DNA of 64,000 nucleotides from Batkoa obscura (Eukaryota): NCBI GenBank assembly GCA_030770535.1, contig JASVEC010000019.1, positions 248,001 to 312,000 of the forward strand, read 5' to 3'. Shown piece by piece: positions 37,377 to 50,321 of this stretch (position 1 is its first letter; each line of letters starts with the position of its first letter). The notes under the pieces were generated by a model. It saw only the letters and a program-made list of their open reading frames with translations, ran no database searches and was not told where the DNA came from. The position numbers and the translations under genes were made by a program.

Positions 37377-38555
37377 ATGGAGACAGATGATGAGAGAATA
37401 AAGCGTCAAAAATATTTACTTAAAAATTATCTTGGGGGAGAAGAAAAAGAAAAAAAGAAGAAAGTCAAGTCAAATCAAAACAGTTCAAAGAACTCAAGAA
37501 GAAAAAGAGATACTATCATTGATGAAGATATGGATGGTTTTTTAGATATTGATGATCAAGAAGATGGTATATATTTTATATTGAAATTAATTGAATATTA
37601 ATAAAATTTAGATGATCCTGTTATAATACCACCTACTCAACAAAAAGTGCCTAAAATTTTCAAAAATAAGAAAGATTCTGGTTGGAAAACAGTTCAAGGA
37701 GAAGATTTAGAATCAGAAAATGAAGTAGATACAAATAAAATAGACAAAGATGAGCAAGATGAAGGAGGAATCGGTATTTTTATTTTAATTATAGTTAATT
37801 AGTAACCATTTTTAGAACAACGTATGACAAATGGTGCTAGAGTTGGATTACAATCAGGTAAACAGGTTGCAGCAGATATTAGAAGGCAGGAAATCATGAT
37901 CAAAAAGAAATTAATGCAATTAAAGCCTGAAGAAATTGGAAGAGATGCAGAAACTATTTATCGTGACGCTAAAGGGAAAAAGATAGATATGGAATTAGAA
38001 AATGCCAGATTACAAGCTGAGCGCCAAGAAGAGGAAATGATTGAAAAGGCAAGAACCGAAAGAAACAAGGGTATGGTCCAACAAGAGCTTGCACAAAGAA
38101 GAAAAGAGGAATTTTTAAGGAATAAAGATGGACCAATGGCAAGGTAAATCAGTTTGAAAGAGATTGAGAATAAATTGTAATTTAAATTTAGGTATGCCGA
38201 TGATGATGAGATCAACAATGAACTTAAAGAGAAAGAGCTTTGGAACGATCCAGCAGCTAAATTTTTAACAGTAATTTTATACAAAGTTCACCTTAAAATG
38301 GTTTAATTGTTTTTTATAGAAAAAAAAGAGCAAGCTAAGATATCCACAATACCAAGGCAGAGCACCACCAAATAGATATAACATTCCTCCTGGATATAGA
38401 TGGGATGGGCGAGGTAAACGATTTGTTTCTATTTTGGTATTTTTATTAATATTTTAGATCGCTCTAATGGTTTTGAAACCAAATTATTTGAGAAATTCAA
38501 TGCCCAGAAATACAAATTACAAGAAGCTCACGCCTGGTCCACTGAAGACATGTAA
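37377..38555 (+). CDS. BUD13: Pre-mRNA splicing factor BUD13/CWC26 (RES complex), ~6 exons
   Basis: [17 protein letters not shown] and [23 protein letters not shown] across GT-AG introns; ends WSTEDM*. Confidence 0.92.
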
Positions 38556-39435
38556 TTCAACTAAAAATCAATTCTTTTTAAATCTCAGTTAATTTAATTA
38601 TGTATTTTATTACAAAAAATTATGTTTTCGTTCCTTTCTGTTTTATAATTCTCAATACAAAATAAAACAACCTTAAGTTCTTAATTAAACCAATATATTA
38701 ATGGTTTGTGAATTAAACATTTATTGCAACAACCATTTTAAATTAGTTATTTGCGTCAAAGTATAAATCTGTTAGTATTGCGTATAATCTTGTGGATATA
38801 ACACTTATTAATTACAAACCTTTAAATATAAATATTAACAAGAGGTATAATGTTTTAGATTTTTTGAATGTTATATAATATGTAATAAATTTGGCTAATA
38901 CAATACATCAAATATCATTTTAACTTCTGACTTCATAATTTTAATATTTTCTGGATCCCTGCATACTTTTGTCTAGTATGAAAAATAGTTTATTTTATTT
39001 TATTTTATTTTAGAGTATTATTTATATGACTTAAATAAATACAATGTCACTTATGATTTCAACTAGAATAGAAATAACACAGTCATGATAATAATGAAAA
39101 AGATTTGGAAATGAATGAAAAATAATAAACAAAAAAGTCAAGTTTAGTATTGAATTTTCACATAAGGATATAAAAACAATCATAAATTGTTGTATAATTA
39201 AAATCAGTAATAAGCTCTAAACAATATAAAATGTAAAAGTGGCATAATAGTTGTTTATATATATTGTTTGGTAGGTCATATTTTCATTAAAATTTATAAC
39301 TCAAATGTTGATTTAAGTCATTGCACTTAGAGTTTAGCTAATAAATTTACTATTTTTTCAAATTGTAACATCCAATGAAATAGTATTCAAAATAAATACC
39401 AAAAACTTCATTTTTTCAATTTCAATTAAATTAAA

Positions 39436-41413
39436 ATGGGAAAGGCGAAAAAGAAAGCTCAAGCTCCACAAAAGGTATGAGAAATTTAGCTAAAATGTAA
39501 AAGATTACATTATTAACTTTTTTCTATTTTCTTACCTTTAATTTTAGAATCAAAACAACAATTCAAACAACAATCAAAAAGAAGCTCTAAAGCCAGTTAA
39601 AGAATCTACCGCTTTCATTTTAATTGACGAATTTAAAGACGAAGAGCTTGGATTAAATTTTAAGTGGGAGGATAAAACCAGCACCACAGCAAAGTATGGA
39701 TTAGATCCAACTACGGTGCTCGATGAACTTTTAGCAGCAATGACAATTGACCCTGAGGCAAACGATCTATTTGATTATATAAAAGATAACAGAAATTTAC
39801 CTAAAGGTAAAAAAGACAAGATATTGGCAGACATTGAAGAGAACCGAAAAAAAGGGGATGAAGATATTAATTTTACACCGTTACCAGTTTTAGAGGAAGG
39901 AAAGCGTACTACCCATTTTTTTTATGAAATGTTATCTAAAACGAAAGGGTTTGCGACAGAAGTAGCAACAGAAGGTTGGTTCAAAATAGTCGAATTTATA
40001 GCTTTTTATAAAACTTATTAGGAGAAGATTATGATAATGACAATAGCGATCAATTATTTGTTGGTACTATAAGTCATATAGCGTCTGAATTGAATAGTAT
40101 AATCGAAAATCAGCCTACTTATGAAGACAAATATTTAGCAATATACCAAATTTGTGTAGAAACGGTTAGACTTTTTAAGAGATATAAAAATTACAACTAA
40201 ATATTTAGATAAATGAAGCATCTAAACTTGAAGCAGAGCTTAACGAAATAAAGGTCAAGTACGATTTATGTAAAAAAAGGACATTGGAAGATAAGGCAGA
40301 AATTGCTAACCTCTTGGAAAAACGAGCTGCGCTTGATATTTTAGTTAAACAATATGAAAACCAAAATAAGGAGCTAATAGTAAATTAGATTGCTTTGATT
40401 TAAGGTTATATATTAATATATTTGTAGGAGGTATTGATTTAATTCACAGTCAAACTAGGATTTATTCTGTTTTTACTTTTAGATTAAAAGAAAACTAGAA
40501 CAAGAAAAAGATAAAAAAATACCGCCAACTGTTTACATAAATGAGTAATATCAATCAATCAATTTATTTATTCATTTGTCGATTAATTTGTTAATATAGA
40601 TTAAAGAAAAGAATTAAGACTATTTGGGAATTTTATACACTTAGAGATAAGCATGTTATGGCAGTTAAAGAATCCAGGGAGTTACAACTTATAATTCTCA
40701 GAGAGAAATTCAAAGCTGTAAAAGAAGCTCACGAGAATGATCTCAAAGAGGTAGAATATTAAATTTATTACTTTGAATACATTGACAATTTATAGCTTGT
40801 ACAAGCGAGGGCGAATATCAAGGAATTAAAAAAGACAGAAGAAGGATTAAAATCGACAATTGTAGATAATCATAACAAACTAAAGGAAATGGAAAACACA
40901 TATAATCAACAAAATATGCAAATAAGTAAATTAAAAGAAGAATATATTCAAGTAATTAATTCAAGCATTTTTTAAAATGAATCTAATAATATTATTAGAT
41001 TAAGAAAAAGAAAGACAAATCGGAAGCTGATAATAAAATATATGTGGAACGACTTAATGCAGCAAATGATAAGAATATAGAGTTAGAAGCCAGGGTAAAT
41101 TTTTATCGTTTTTGTTAATGAGCTTTTTCAAAGACATTTTTAGCGTGAGGCTCTAGAAAAAGAATCAGCAATCTACAAAACACGATCAGAGAATGCAGAG
41201 GTTATTATGAAAGAATTAAAGGTATTTTTACTTTCATTTTAAAAATCAAATATTAATGAAATAGGCTAAAGCTGTAAAAGCGGAAAAAGAAGCTGAGTTC
41301 ATTCGACGACATTTGGCAGAATTTAGAAAGTAAACTGGAATTGAGGATTTAAATTTTAGATTCTAAACTATTTTAGGATGAAAGGTATTGAGTCACCTAC
41401 GTCTAATGATTGA
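39436..41413 (+). CDS. Multi-exon coiled-coil protein of unknown function (weakly taxilin-like C-terminus)
   Basis: ATG at 39436; a series of ~45-75-nt GT-AG introns links E/K-rich heptad exons. Confidence 0.65.
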
Positions 41414-41699
41414 ATTTAGTTTAATGCTTTGAAATCGAAGGCACTTCATAATGAACAATATCTTATTGTTATTATGACTCTTTATTAAATTTTAATCAAA
41501 ATTTGAGCAAGTCCTACAAATAATTTTAATAAAGTATTAAGAATAGTTTCGCTTAAGAGTATAAATATCAATAACAGTTATGTTTCAAAGACTCATACAG
41601 TGAATTTTTACTTTTTAAGCATTGTCTTACTCATCTAAGTTTAAAAAGTTTATAAAACATGCTTTAATTTATTAGGTTTTTATAATATAGCTATTATGT

Positions 41700-41789
41700 G
41701 AGCATGCATTTTTTGTTTAAGAATTTTACTAACTTTCTCACTTAAATGGCACTTAAAAAATGGAAATAGTGATGAAACCAAAGAAAACC
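41700..41789. mobile_element. MITE copy (orientation B, degenerate)
   Basis: Internal TTTAAGAATTTTACTAAC..CACTTAAAAAATGGAAA..ATGAAACC. Confidence 0.7.
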
Positions 41790-42032
41790 ATATATTGAAT
41801 ATTATCCTTGCTTTTTCTTATAATATATTTTCTAAACCCTCTTTTAACGTAATTTTTACCAAAAACCCTATTATTTAACTAAAATTTTATTAAAACAATT
41901 GCAATTCAATATAAATTTCACTTAAATCTATGCTATCCAGTTTATAAATTTATGAGTAAAGTAAAAACCATTAAATATTTTAATCTTATTGATAAATTAC
42001 ATCAACTCTTCTATTAATATTAGCATTGTACC

Positions 42033-42687
42033 TTATTCAATTGCTAATTCATGAGCTGCCCAATCCTCATAAGATCCATCAGGTAAATAACGTCTTACAA
42101 CAAAAGGAATAGTTCTTTGCTCTAGTTCTTTGCAAGCAATTTCATATGCATCAGTTTCACCATGTAATTCAACTAATACTGGAGCATTCAAACTAAAAAA
42201 TTAGTAAAAAAAAATACCATTTGACTAAACGCTTACCTTAATTGAAGAGCCCTAGTACCAATAATACGTGCTTTTTCATACTTAGTCATATAGGGGGTGG
42301 TCAATCTTTCCTTTTGTTCTTTAGCTTCTGCTGTTAATAAACCTTTAGTGAAATAAGCAACGGAGTCGTCCACTACTGACTCAATAAGAAAAGGCTCTCT
42401 TGCTTCACTTTGAGTTGTGTCTCTTACAATTGGCTTCTTGGCATTTGGGTCTTTAGTTTCTCCTACTCTTAATTCATGAGGCCTATATTGATCATTGAGA
42501 TCATTTGGCCCGTCATCAAGGTCATCTAAAAAGTCCTATTTTGGTTATTAAAAAATCTTAAAAGAATAATAATAATACATCTTCGATTTCATTATCATAA
42601 CTATAAATCAAAAAATTAGATTAAAATAACATATGTAATTTGTTTTATTTACTCGTCTTCATATCTATTGCTTTCAGCGTCCGACAT
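42033..42687 (-). CDS. RPB6: RNA polymerase I/II/III shared subunit RPB6 (RPABC2), 4 exons
   Basis: [24 protein letters not shown] / [25 protein letters not shown]. Confidence 0.95.
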
Positions 42688-43609
42688 TTTTATAGAATAA
42701 CCTGAGTTTATTTTTAAATTTTAAGTTTGAATATTTTAATATTGAGTTGGGATCCCATAAGAGTTCATGATTCAAGGATTGAATAATACTCTAAAAGCTT
42801 GATTAAATTTAGAATAAGCTAAAATAGTGAAGCTATAGCAATTTGCTATAAAAAAATTGCATTAGAATTTCAATTTGTTATTTCGGAACATGACAAAGAT
42901 ATGCAGATGTATTTTCAGCTTCAAGTAGTCGCTTGTCTTTATTAATTATTATCAGTTAAAACATCCAAGTTTTTACTTTTTGGGGGTTTAAAGAAACCAT
43001 CTGTTCACTTTTTAAGCTTGAATTTTGAATAAACTATTAGTATTAGTTAAATTGACAAAAAAATTAATGCAAGACAATTTGGGTTCTATAAACTAGTTCT
43101 ATTAATAATAAATAAAACCTCAACTATTTGTATTTACATATAAAATATTTTATCTTAAACTTTAAACTGTTTGAATTTTGTAAAATACTTTTTTCTATAT
43201 GAAAAGAAATAAAAGAAGCACTTTCTAAAAATACCTTATTACCTTTACATCCAGATACTATTTAAAGCATATATGGAAATTTAGAAGGTTTCAAAAACAA
43301 ATTAAAACTTTGAAAGGTCAACTTTCCAGGTAGAACTGCTGATACGTATTTTGGAAACAAAGTGCTGTTTTTTCAGCATAAGTTGTTAAAAATTATTCTT
43401 ATAGACAGGTTGTTATTTTTGAAATTAATTTTGTAAAAATAATATATGCCTAACTTAAACAACTAATATTCAAAAGTAGCAATTTCAATTGTTAAATTTT
43501 CAAATGTAACGTTAAACTAATTAGGCCCAATGCATGATTATTTGAGCCCCTTTACGTCATAAAAAGTATAAAGAAAAAAGAAAGAAATTTTTTTTAAACA
43601 TTTTTAAAC

Positions 43610-44615
43610 ATGTCTGTCAACGTTGAAGGTTATAAAGCAAGTGAATATTTCTCAAAAATTGATCAATTCTTAAAGAGTGTTGATGCCAGCAAAAAACAAG
43701 CTCTCTTAAAAAAGGTAATAGTAAAGTTAGTTTATTCGTTCAAAATATAACTTTTGAAAAAGAGTGCTGGCGTTTACCAATTTGATATCAAAAACGGTGG
43801 TAACGTCCAAACTTGGACTTTAGACTTTAAGAATGATGGTACCGTATCAACTAGCAAACCAAAGAAAGCCGATATTACTATTACTTTAGACGACAACGTA
43901 TTCGTTGAGCTCGCTTCTGGTAAAATTACTGGTAAATTATTATATATATATATGTGATTTTATTGACTATTTGTTAAGGACAAAAAGCTTTCATGACCGG
44001 TAAACTTAAGGCCAAGGGTAACCTCAACTTGGCAACTAAATTAGGTAAAAAATTCATAGTACTTTTAAGTTTTACCTCATATTTCAAAAGATGCCTTTTT
44101 TACTGAAGTACGTAAGAATGAAGGTGCTTCAAGCAGTACAAGCTCAAAAACTGAAGCAAGTAAACCAGCTGCTGCCTCAAGCGGCTCAGTTGAAGTTGAA
44201 GGCTTTAAAGCAAGTCAAGTATTTAAACAAATCGATGCTTGGTTAAATAGCTTACCAGAAGCTGAACGTAAGAAACAAGTCAGTCAAATTAAAGGATTAT
44301 TCCAAATCGATATTAAAAACAGTGACAAAGTACAATCATGGACCCTTGACCTTAAGAATGGTAGTGGAGAAGTTTATGCTGGAAAAGCAAAATCAAAGGC
44401 TGATGCCACTTTATCTCTCACTGACGATGTCTTTGTTTCTATGAGTCAAGGAAAATTAACTGGTAATCAACTTTTACAGCCTTAAATTATATAATAACAT
44501 TATGTTTTTAGGTCAGAAAGCTTTCATGACTGGTAAACTTAAGGTTAAAGGCCAAATGATGTTAGCTACCAAATTAGATGCTGTTTTCAAGAAACTTCCA
44601 TCTTCTAAACTTTAA
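43610..44615 (+). CDS. Peroxisomal protein with two tandem SCP2 sterol/lipid-binding domains, 5 exons
   Basis: Two repeats of VEG(Y/F)KAS..F..ID, WTLD.KN and [14 protein letters not shown]-terminal SKL (PTS1). Confidence 0.9.
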
Positions 44616-44924
44616 ATAAATTATAAATTAACTTTTGATAATTTCATAAATATATTTTTTACGATAGCTTATAGCTTTTATTAAAATTTTGGCAACTCTT
44701 GTTTCAATATCAGACCCTATTTTGCCAGATTTAACTATTATCAAAAACTTATAAGTAGTAGCATTTATCAAACTTGTTATGTTTATCAGCAGAAACAAAA
44801 CAACTTAAATGGACATTGAAAGCAATAGCCAATCATATTGACCTTCAAACTATCTAATTGCCAACGTAATACCAAATTTATTATAACAAGGAAATTAATT
44901 TCTAATTATATTCAACCAAAAAAG

Positions 44925-45778
44925 ATGAATAAAGATACATTAGTAATAGGGATAAGGTAAATTAGTTCAACAAACTACAATGATAACTATTTAAAATTAA
45001 CTAGCGGATGTTCATGCTCTGGAAAAACAGTAATACAAGGCTAAATTAAAACTACTTTATTATTTATTTTTATAGTCAATAGGTAAATTATTAAATAGCT
45101 TGTTGAACAATAGTGTCGTGATACATCAAGATGAGTATTATAAGTTAGACCAGTACATTCCAAAAGATAGTGAAACAGGATACGATAATTGGGATATACC
45201 TGAAGCTATTGAAATGGACCAGTTTTATAATGAAATTGTAGAAACTATAAATAGAGGTCTTAATAATAAAGGCTCAACAAAAAATGAGTCTGTCAACAGT
45301 GAAAATTCTACAAAAGCTGGAATTATAGAAGAAATAAAGTTAAGAAATAAAGAGGTTTTGACCACGTTAAATAAACAGTATAAAAAAACTGTTATTGTTG
45401 AAGGATTTCTTTTCTTCCATGAAGAACGCTTTCTTAAATTGATTACTAAAGGCTTTTTAATATGGACCAACTTTGATACCCTACTTCAAAGAAGAAACTC
45501 AAGAGATGGTTATGAAACAAAAGAGGGTAAATTATTAAAGTAAATAAGTTTCTGTTTTTTATTTGTACCACATTTTCTTAGGCTTTTGGAAAGATCCAGA
45601 AAATTATTTCGAAAAAATTGTATGGCCTTCTTTCCTCAAATATTATTCCAAGTTCATAAGATATAACCAAAATGATATTTCACACAATCATGAACCTTTT
45701 GGATTGGCCTTAGTTGATACTAATCCTCCACATACTGTTTCAGATTCTGTTACATCTTTATTAAATCAATTAATTTGA
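44925..45778 (+). CDS. NRK1: Nicotinamide riboside kinase, 4 exons
   Basis: VIGIS/GCSCSGKT P-loop (25-nt exon), IHQDEYYK, NWDIPEAI, VEGFL, RR..RDGY.T.EGFWKDP..YF. Confidence 0.88.
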
Positions 45779-46094
45779 TTTGTACATTGCTTATGTTTGT
45801 GAATTTTATGACTTTTATTCTTGAAAATGTATGTTTCCTAAGTTGTCTATGTGCTTAATATTTTGACTATTACTTATATAAATACTTGATACAATATGTC
45901 GTAGATGATTTTAGCTTTAGAAAGTAAATATAGTCTAATATTACTGTTAAGTTGCGAATAAATGTAGAGTAATCGTACTTTAGTATTATAGCCAGTGTAG
46001 CAAATTCATGTTCTTTTGTTTTTAATCTTCAAATAAAAAATATTTATTTATTTATTTAAATTTTTGAACTTTTATCTTTATAATTAATACATAT

Positions 46095-46192
46095 GAGAAT
46101 GTATTTTTGTGTCTAAGAATTTTGCTAACAAATTTTCCACTTAAATAGGGCTTAAAAAATGGAAAAAATAATAAAATCAAAAAAACACTCCC
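46095..46192. mobile_element. MITE copy (orientation B)
   Basis: GAGAATGTA...ACACTCCC; flanks ATAT/ATGT. Confidence 0.83.
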
Positions 46193-46571
46193 ATGTTAAG
46201 ATTTTGGAAATTTAATAGTTTTAAACCAATGATTTTAATAGACTTTTTATAGACTTATAATTTTCTTAAAATTATGAAAAAAACTAAGCAATATTGAACA
46301 ATAAATTATAGTAGACTATCGGTTGTATTTCAGCTCAATATAGCAAATGTATGCATATAGATTAAGCCTATTGAATCCACTACTTATCATATAGCGTTGA
46401 GTTTATTTTTTGTATTTGTATTATATTTTCAAAATTTAATTCAAAAATTCTCAAATCATCAATCAGCCAATAATATTTAAAGTAATTTTCGAAATAGTAT
46501 TTCTCCCACAACTTTAAAAATCTCCACACCTACGGCAATCTATAAAAACAATTATGTACTCCTCGAATTCT

Positions 46572-46687
46572 TTAGTCCTTTCCTTTATTCAGTTTTCAAA
46601 CGAATAGATCCCTCGCCTTTTACTAGAGATCTCCGTGGATGAAGGAACTTTAAAGGACTTTGCCAATCTTTGGAAACCCTTTGGGTA
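46572..46687 (+). ncRNA. U5 spliceosomal snRNA
   Basis: Invariant loop I GCCTTTTAC at 46615-46623 within stem AGATC..GATCT, followed by CCGTGGA; outer stem AGTCCTTT/AAAGGACT; Sm-like site AATCTTTGG (46665-46673) and 3' hairpin ACCC-TTT-GGGT; TATAAAAA ~30 nt upstream. Confidence 0.92.
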
Positions 46688-46977
46688 TAATCCTAATAAT
46701 AATTTAAAAATTCTAAAAAAGTAGCAAAGGTCTATTATTTGACGATGCTAATGTTCTCATATTAAAACATGAGGGAAAGTTGGCTTATCAGAATAGTACT
46801 ACTTTGAAAGCATCCATTTTTAATTAGAAAGATTCATGATTAACTTTTAATGAATAAAAGTTCGATTTTCCAATAGAGTATGTATTAAGTAAACAACTTT
46901 TAACAATTGCAGGATTTGATGAAAAGGACTAATGAATTAAGACAAAAATTGAGATGTTAATTTGTATTCTAGTAAAT

Positions 46978-47075
46978 GGGGATGTATTTTTATGTTTAAG
47001 AATTTTACTAACAAATTTTCCACTTAAATAGCGCTTAAAAAATAGAAAAAATAATGAAGTCAAAAAAACACTCCC
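46978..47075. mobile_element. MITE copy (orientation B)
   Basis: GGGGATGTA...ACACTCCC; TSD AAAT/AAAT. Confidence 0.9.
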
Positions 47076-47337
47076 AAATGTTTTTATTTTAAAAGCTATT
47101 ATAAAATAGTTGATTAACTTCAAAGTAAAATAATTTGAATATAAGTACATCAAGGTTTAGATTATTATGAATCACATTTCATCATAAGTTATAAAAACGG
47201 TATAAGAAATACATGGTCATTTTCAAGAGATGCTTTCTATCAAAAAAACCCTCAATTTTTTGTAATATCATTTATTAAAATAAATACTAGGCTTAAAAAA
47301 TATTGTATTTTATTTTGCATTCAGAGGTGTCGATCAA

Positions 47338-48417
47338 TTAAATTCCCTTACTATGAGAAAATCTATTATTTAAATTACCAGAACCTTTGACGATTTCAGC
47401 TTGGCGTTTTGGATCTAATCCATTTACAGCCATATCTTTTTCACGATCGAATTTTCTATTTCTAGGATCATCATCAACTATACCTTTTTTGTTTTGAGAT
47501 GATTGATGCATTTCTAACAATGAAGCTTGTTTCTCCTCTCTAAATTTTACTTTTAAAGCCTTTTTCTCTTCTTCTAGATATGGATTAGCATTGATTGGTT
47601 TACTTTTAGCTTTGATAACTCCATGTTTAAGCCTTTCTTCTCTTTCCTGTGGTGTTTCTGTCCATAAGCTATTATCCAACTCTTGGTTTTCTACTTCCCG
47701 AGTTCTAAATTGCCTTGCTTTTAACTTTAATGGATTCCCAATAAGCTTTGATTCAGGCGGTACTGTCATCCATTCGCCACGCTTTAAAGTTTCTTGTTCC
47801 TAAATCGTAGTTTTAATAATAACCAAAATAAAGTTAAATACCTACCTTTTGTGGTCGTGCTCTTGCTTCAACCTCTCTAGCTATTCTCGAAAGATTATCA
47901 TTCTATTTATTATCAGTATATTTTGTTAGCAATACTTATTTTACTAACCTCGTTGTGATCTGGATCTACAGGCATTGGTCCTATTACACCATCGTCCGAC
48001 TCTTCTTTTTCTGAATCTTGATCATTTGGTTCCTCTATCACTGTTCTTTCTAAATTAGATATTGGATATAAATAATAGATAATAAATAATAGATAAACAA
48101 AGCTATACTTTCTACATGAGGCATTTGAGGCCCTATTGATACACTATGTCTTACTTTAGTTACCTTTTGACCTTTTTCTTCTTTTTGCTTATCCTCTATT
48201 AGTTATTTCAATATTTAAATCTACTTTTTAAATCATGTTTGGATTAGAAATTACTTTTAAATTGTGAAGGTAATTGAGGCCCTATGCTTGACTTGTTTTT
48301 GTTTTTTGAATTGTCTTGATGAGAGGGTGAGTTATCTGTGTTTTTTTCTTTCTCATCATTTCCATCTTCACTTTGTCTTCTTCTCTTTAAATGGGGTGGT
48401 AATGTTGGTCCAATCAT
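47338..48417 (-). CDS. GPALPP-motif / DUF3752 protein, multi-exon
   Basis: Begins MIGPTLPPHLK with repeated IGP motifs; REWMTVPP-like segment, SLWTETPQE, SLLEMH, FDREKD, LNNRF. Confidence 0.85.
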
Positions 48418-48717
48418 TATAAAAAAGAAGTAAAAATATTTTTTTGAAGCATTTATTTTGTTTTAGTGTGTTTTAAAGCAAGCATATAATAAAGGAAATA
48501 TTTCACTAAAATTTTACAAATGATTTAAATAAAAATAAATTATCTGATTATTTGATTTTTATATAGCTTTTATTCTACGATATATATGTAGTTTATGATC
48601 TAGTTATAAATTTAATAGTATTCTATTTTTTTTGAAAGTTTAAGATAACAACTAGGTAATTTAATTACAAAATCTACTAAAAACTAAATATTCCTTTTAT
48701 TTTGATTAGTACTGTTA

Positions 48718-49359
48718 TTATACGCATTCAGTAGATATATCAACAGTATCGGACGGACAGGGTTCTCCAACCCTATTATAAAAGCAAGACCATTCCCCCA
48801 AAAAGAAGCTAGGGTCTCTCCAGCAATTTGGTGCAAACTTTTCGGCCACAATAAACGTTTTTCCAAAATAAATACAAGCATGGATTTTGGGCTGACAATC
48901 TTTAATTCTCCTATATCCATTATTGGAGCCATATTGGCACTGTTGGATATCAACACCACCCTCATTTTGACATTGTAAACTCTTTCTACATTGCCATTTC
49001 AACTCAACATCCTTTCTTAAAAATAGATCTGGGTTTGTTTTAGGTTCAGTGGGTGGAATCCAACAATTAGGTCCTTCACTACCTAACGACGTCATGGCTT
49101 CATATTTTTTACCATCAAAATCACAGTGTTGTGTTGCTGGAGGACAAGGTAAAGTATCGTAAATGTTTTTTACATGTAACCCATTTCTCCTTCTTAATTC
49201 TAACTGCATTAAAGCAAACATATTTAGTGGTTCAATGGGCTTAGGAGATTCTATTGTCGTTGTATCGTTTGCTTTTTTATACTCATTTTTATTATGTTTT
49301 TTCGAGTTAATAACTGTAAGTTGTAGAACAAAAATTAAAATTAATTTATTAAATATCAT
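48718..49359 (-). CDS. Secreted Cys-rich protein with two 6-Cys repeats
   Basis: Signal-peptide-like N-terminus, RRR basic site, 12 Cys, PNCW twice. Confidence 0.75.
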   Translation of the reverse strand: MIFNKLILIFVLQLTVINSKKHNKNEYKKANDTTTIESPKPIEPLNMFALMQLELRRRNGLHVKNIYDTLPCPPATQHCDFDGKKYEAMTSLGSEGPNCWIPPTEPKTNPDLFLRKDVELKWQCRKSLQCQNEGGVDIQQCQYGSNNGYRRIKDCQPKIHACIYFGKTFIVAEKFAPNCWRDPSFFLGEWSCFYNRVGEPCPSDTVDISTECV

Positions 49360-49751
49360 TGTAAGTTGAATAAAAAATATTCTATATGACTTTAAATAAA
49401 ATTTGAGTTTTATTTAATGAGAATTTAATTCCTCCTTAAATTAAACTGATCTTCAATTTTGGACTTTGAAATTTATTTCTCTATCAACCAAAACTTTAGA
49501 ATTGTTTTGTATATTCTGATCTTTCCTACAATAGAAAGAAAAGAGTGTATTAATGAACTTATTAAATTTGAAGCTTTTGATATTTGAATATTCAAATTAA
49601 TTTATTTACTTGTTTATAAATAGATAAATCCTATATTATCAAAATATTCGAATTTTTCAATAAAATTGTAAATATTAATTTATCTTTAGTTTTCTTTCAA
49701 TTATGTCTTAAAACCACTGTACTTAATATTTACAATTGTCATTCACTATTT

Positions 49752-49846
49752 GGAGACATATTTTTTAAGAGTTTCACTAACAATCTTTCCGCTCAGATAG
49801 CACTTAAAAAATGGAAAAAGTGATAAAATCAAAAGGAAATATAACC
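49752..49846. mobile_element. MITE copy (orientation B, degenerate)
   Basis: Internal ACTAACAATCTTTCCGCTCAGATAGCACTTAAAAAATGG. Confidence 0.7.
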
Positions 49847-50321
49847 ATATGGTAGGATCAAAGTTAAGGTAAGGACAGGAGCGTTTACTTTTAATTAGTT
49901 AAAATAGATTAATCGATTTCTATTCCTTTACTGCCTAAGGATTAGTCCTTTTTTAAAATAGATAAAAATTTGCAAACAAGTCCTTATTGTTCCTGACTGC
50001 CACTGTTATGATTGAGATTTAAATATCTTTTTATACAGTATTGAAGCAGTAAACAGTGAAGTAAATCAAATAGAACAGGATGAAAATAGGTGTAAAATAA
50101 AGAAAAAGTTGTTATCTATTGATAATTCAATGCTTAAGATTAAAATGTTTGTTAATACAAATTAATAATCATACTACAATGATAATAAATTAAACTGCTA
50201 AAAGTAAAAACAAAAGACTAACCCGTTTTAATTTATTAAATTTGTATTCAAAACAACAGAATATTTAATATTATTTATTTCATTTATATTTTTTTGATTA
50301 ACATAGAACTGTTTTATATTT

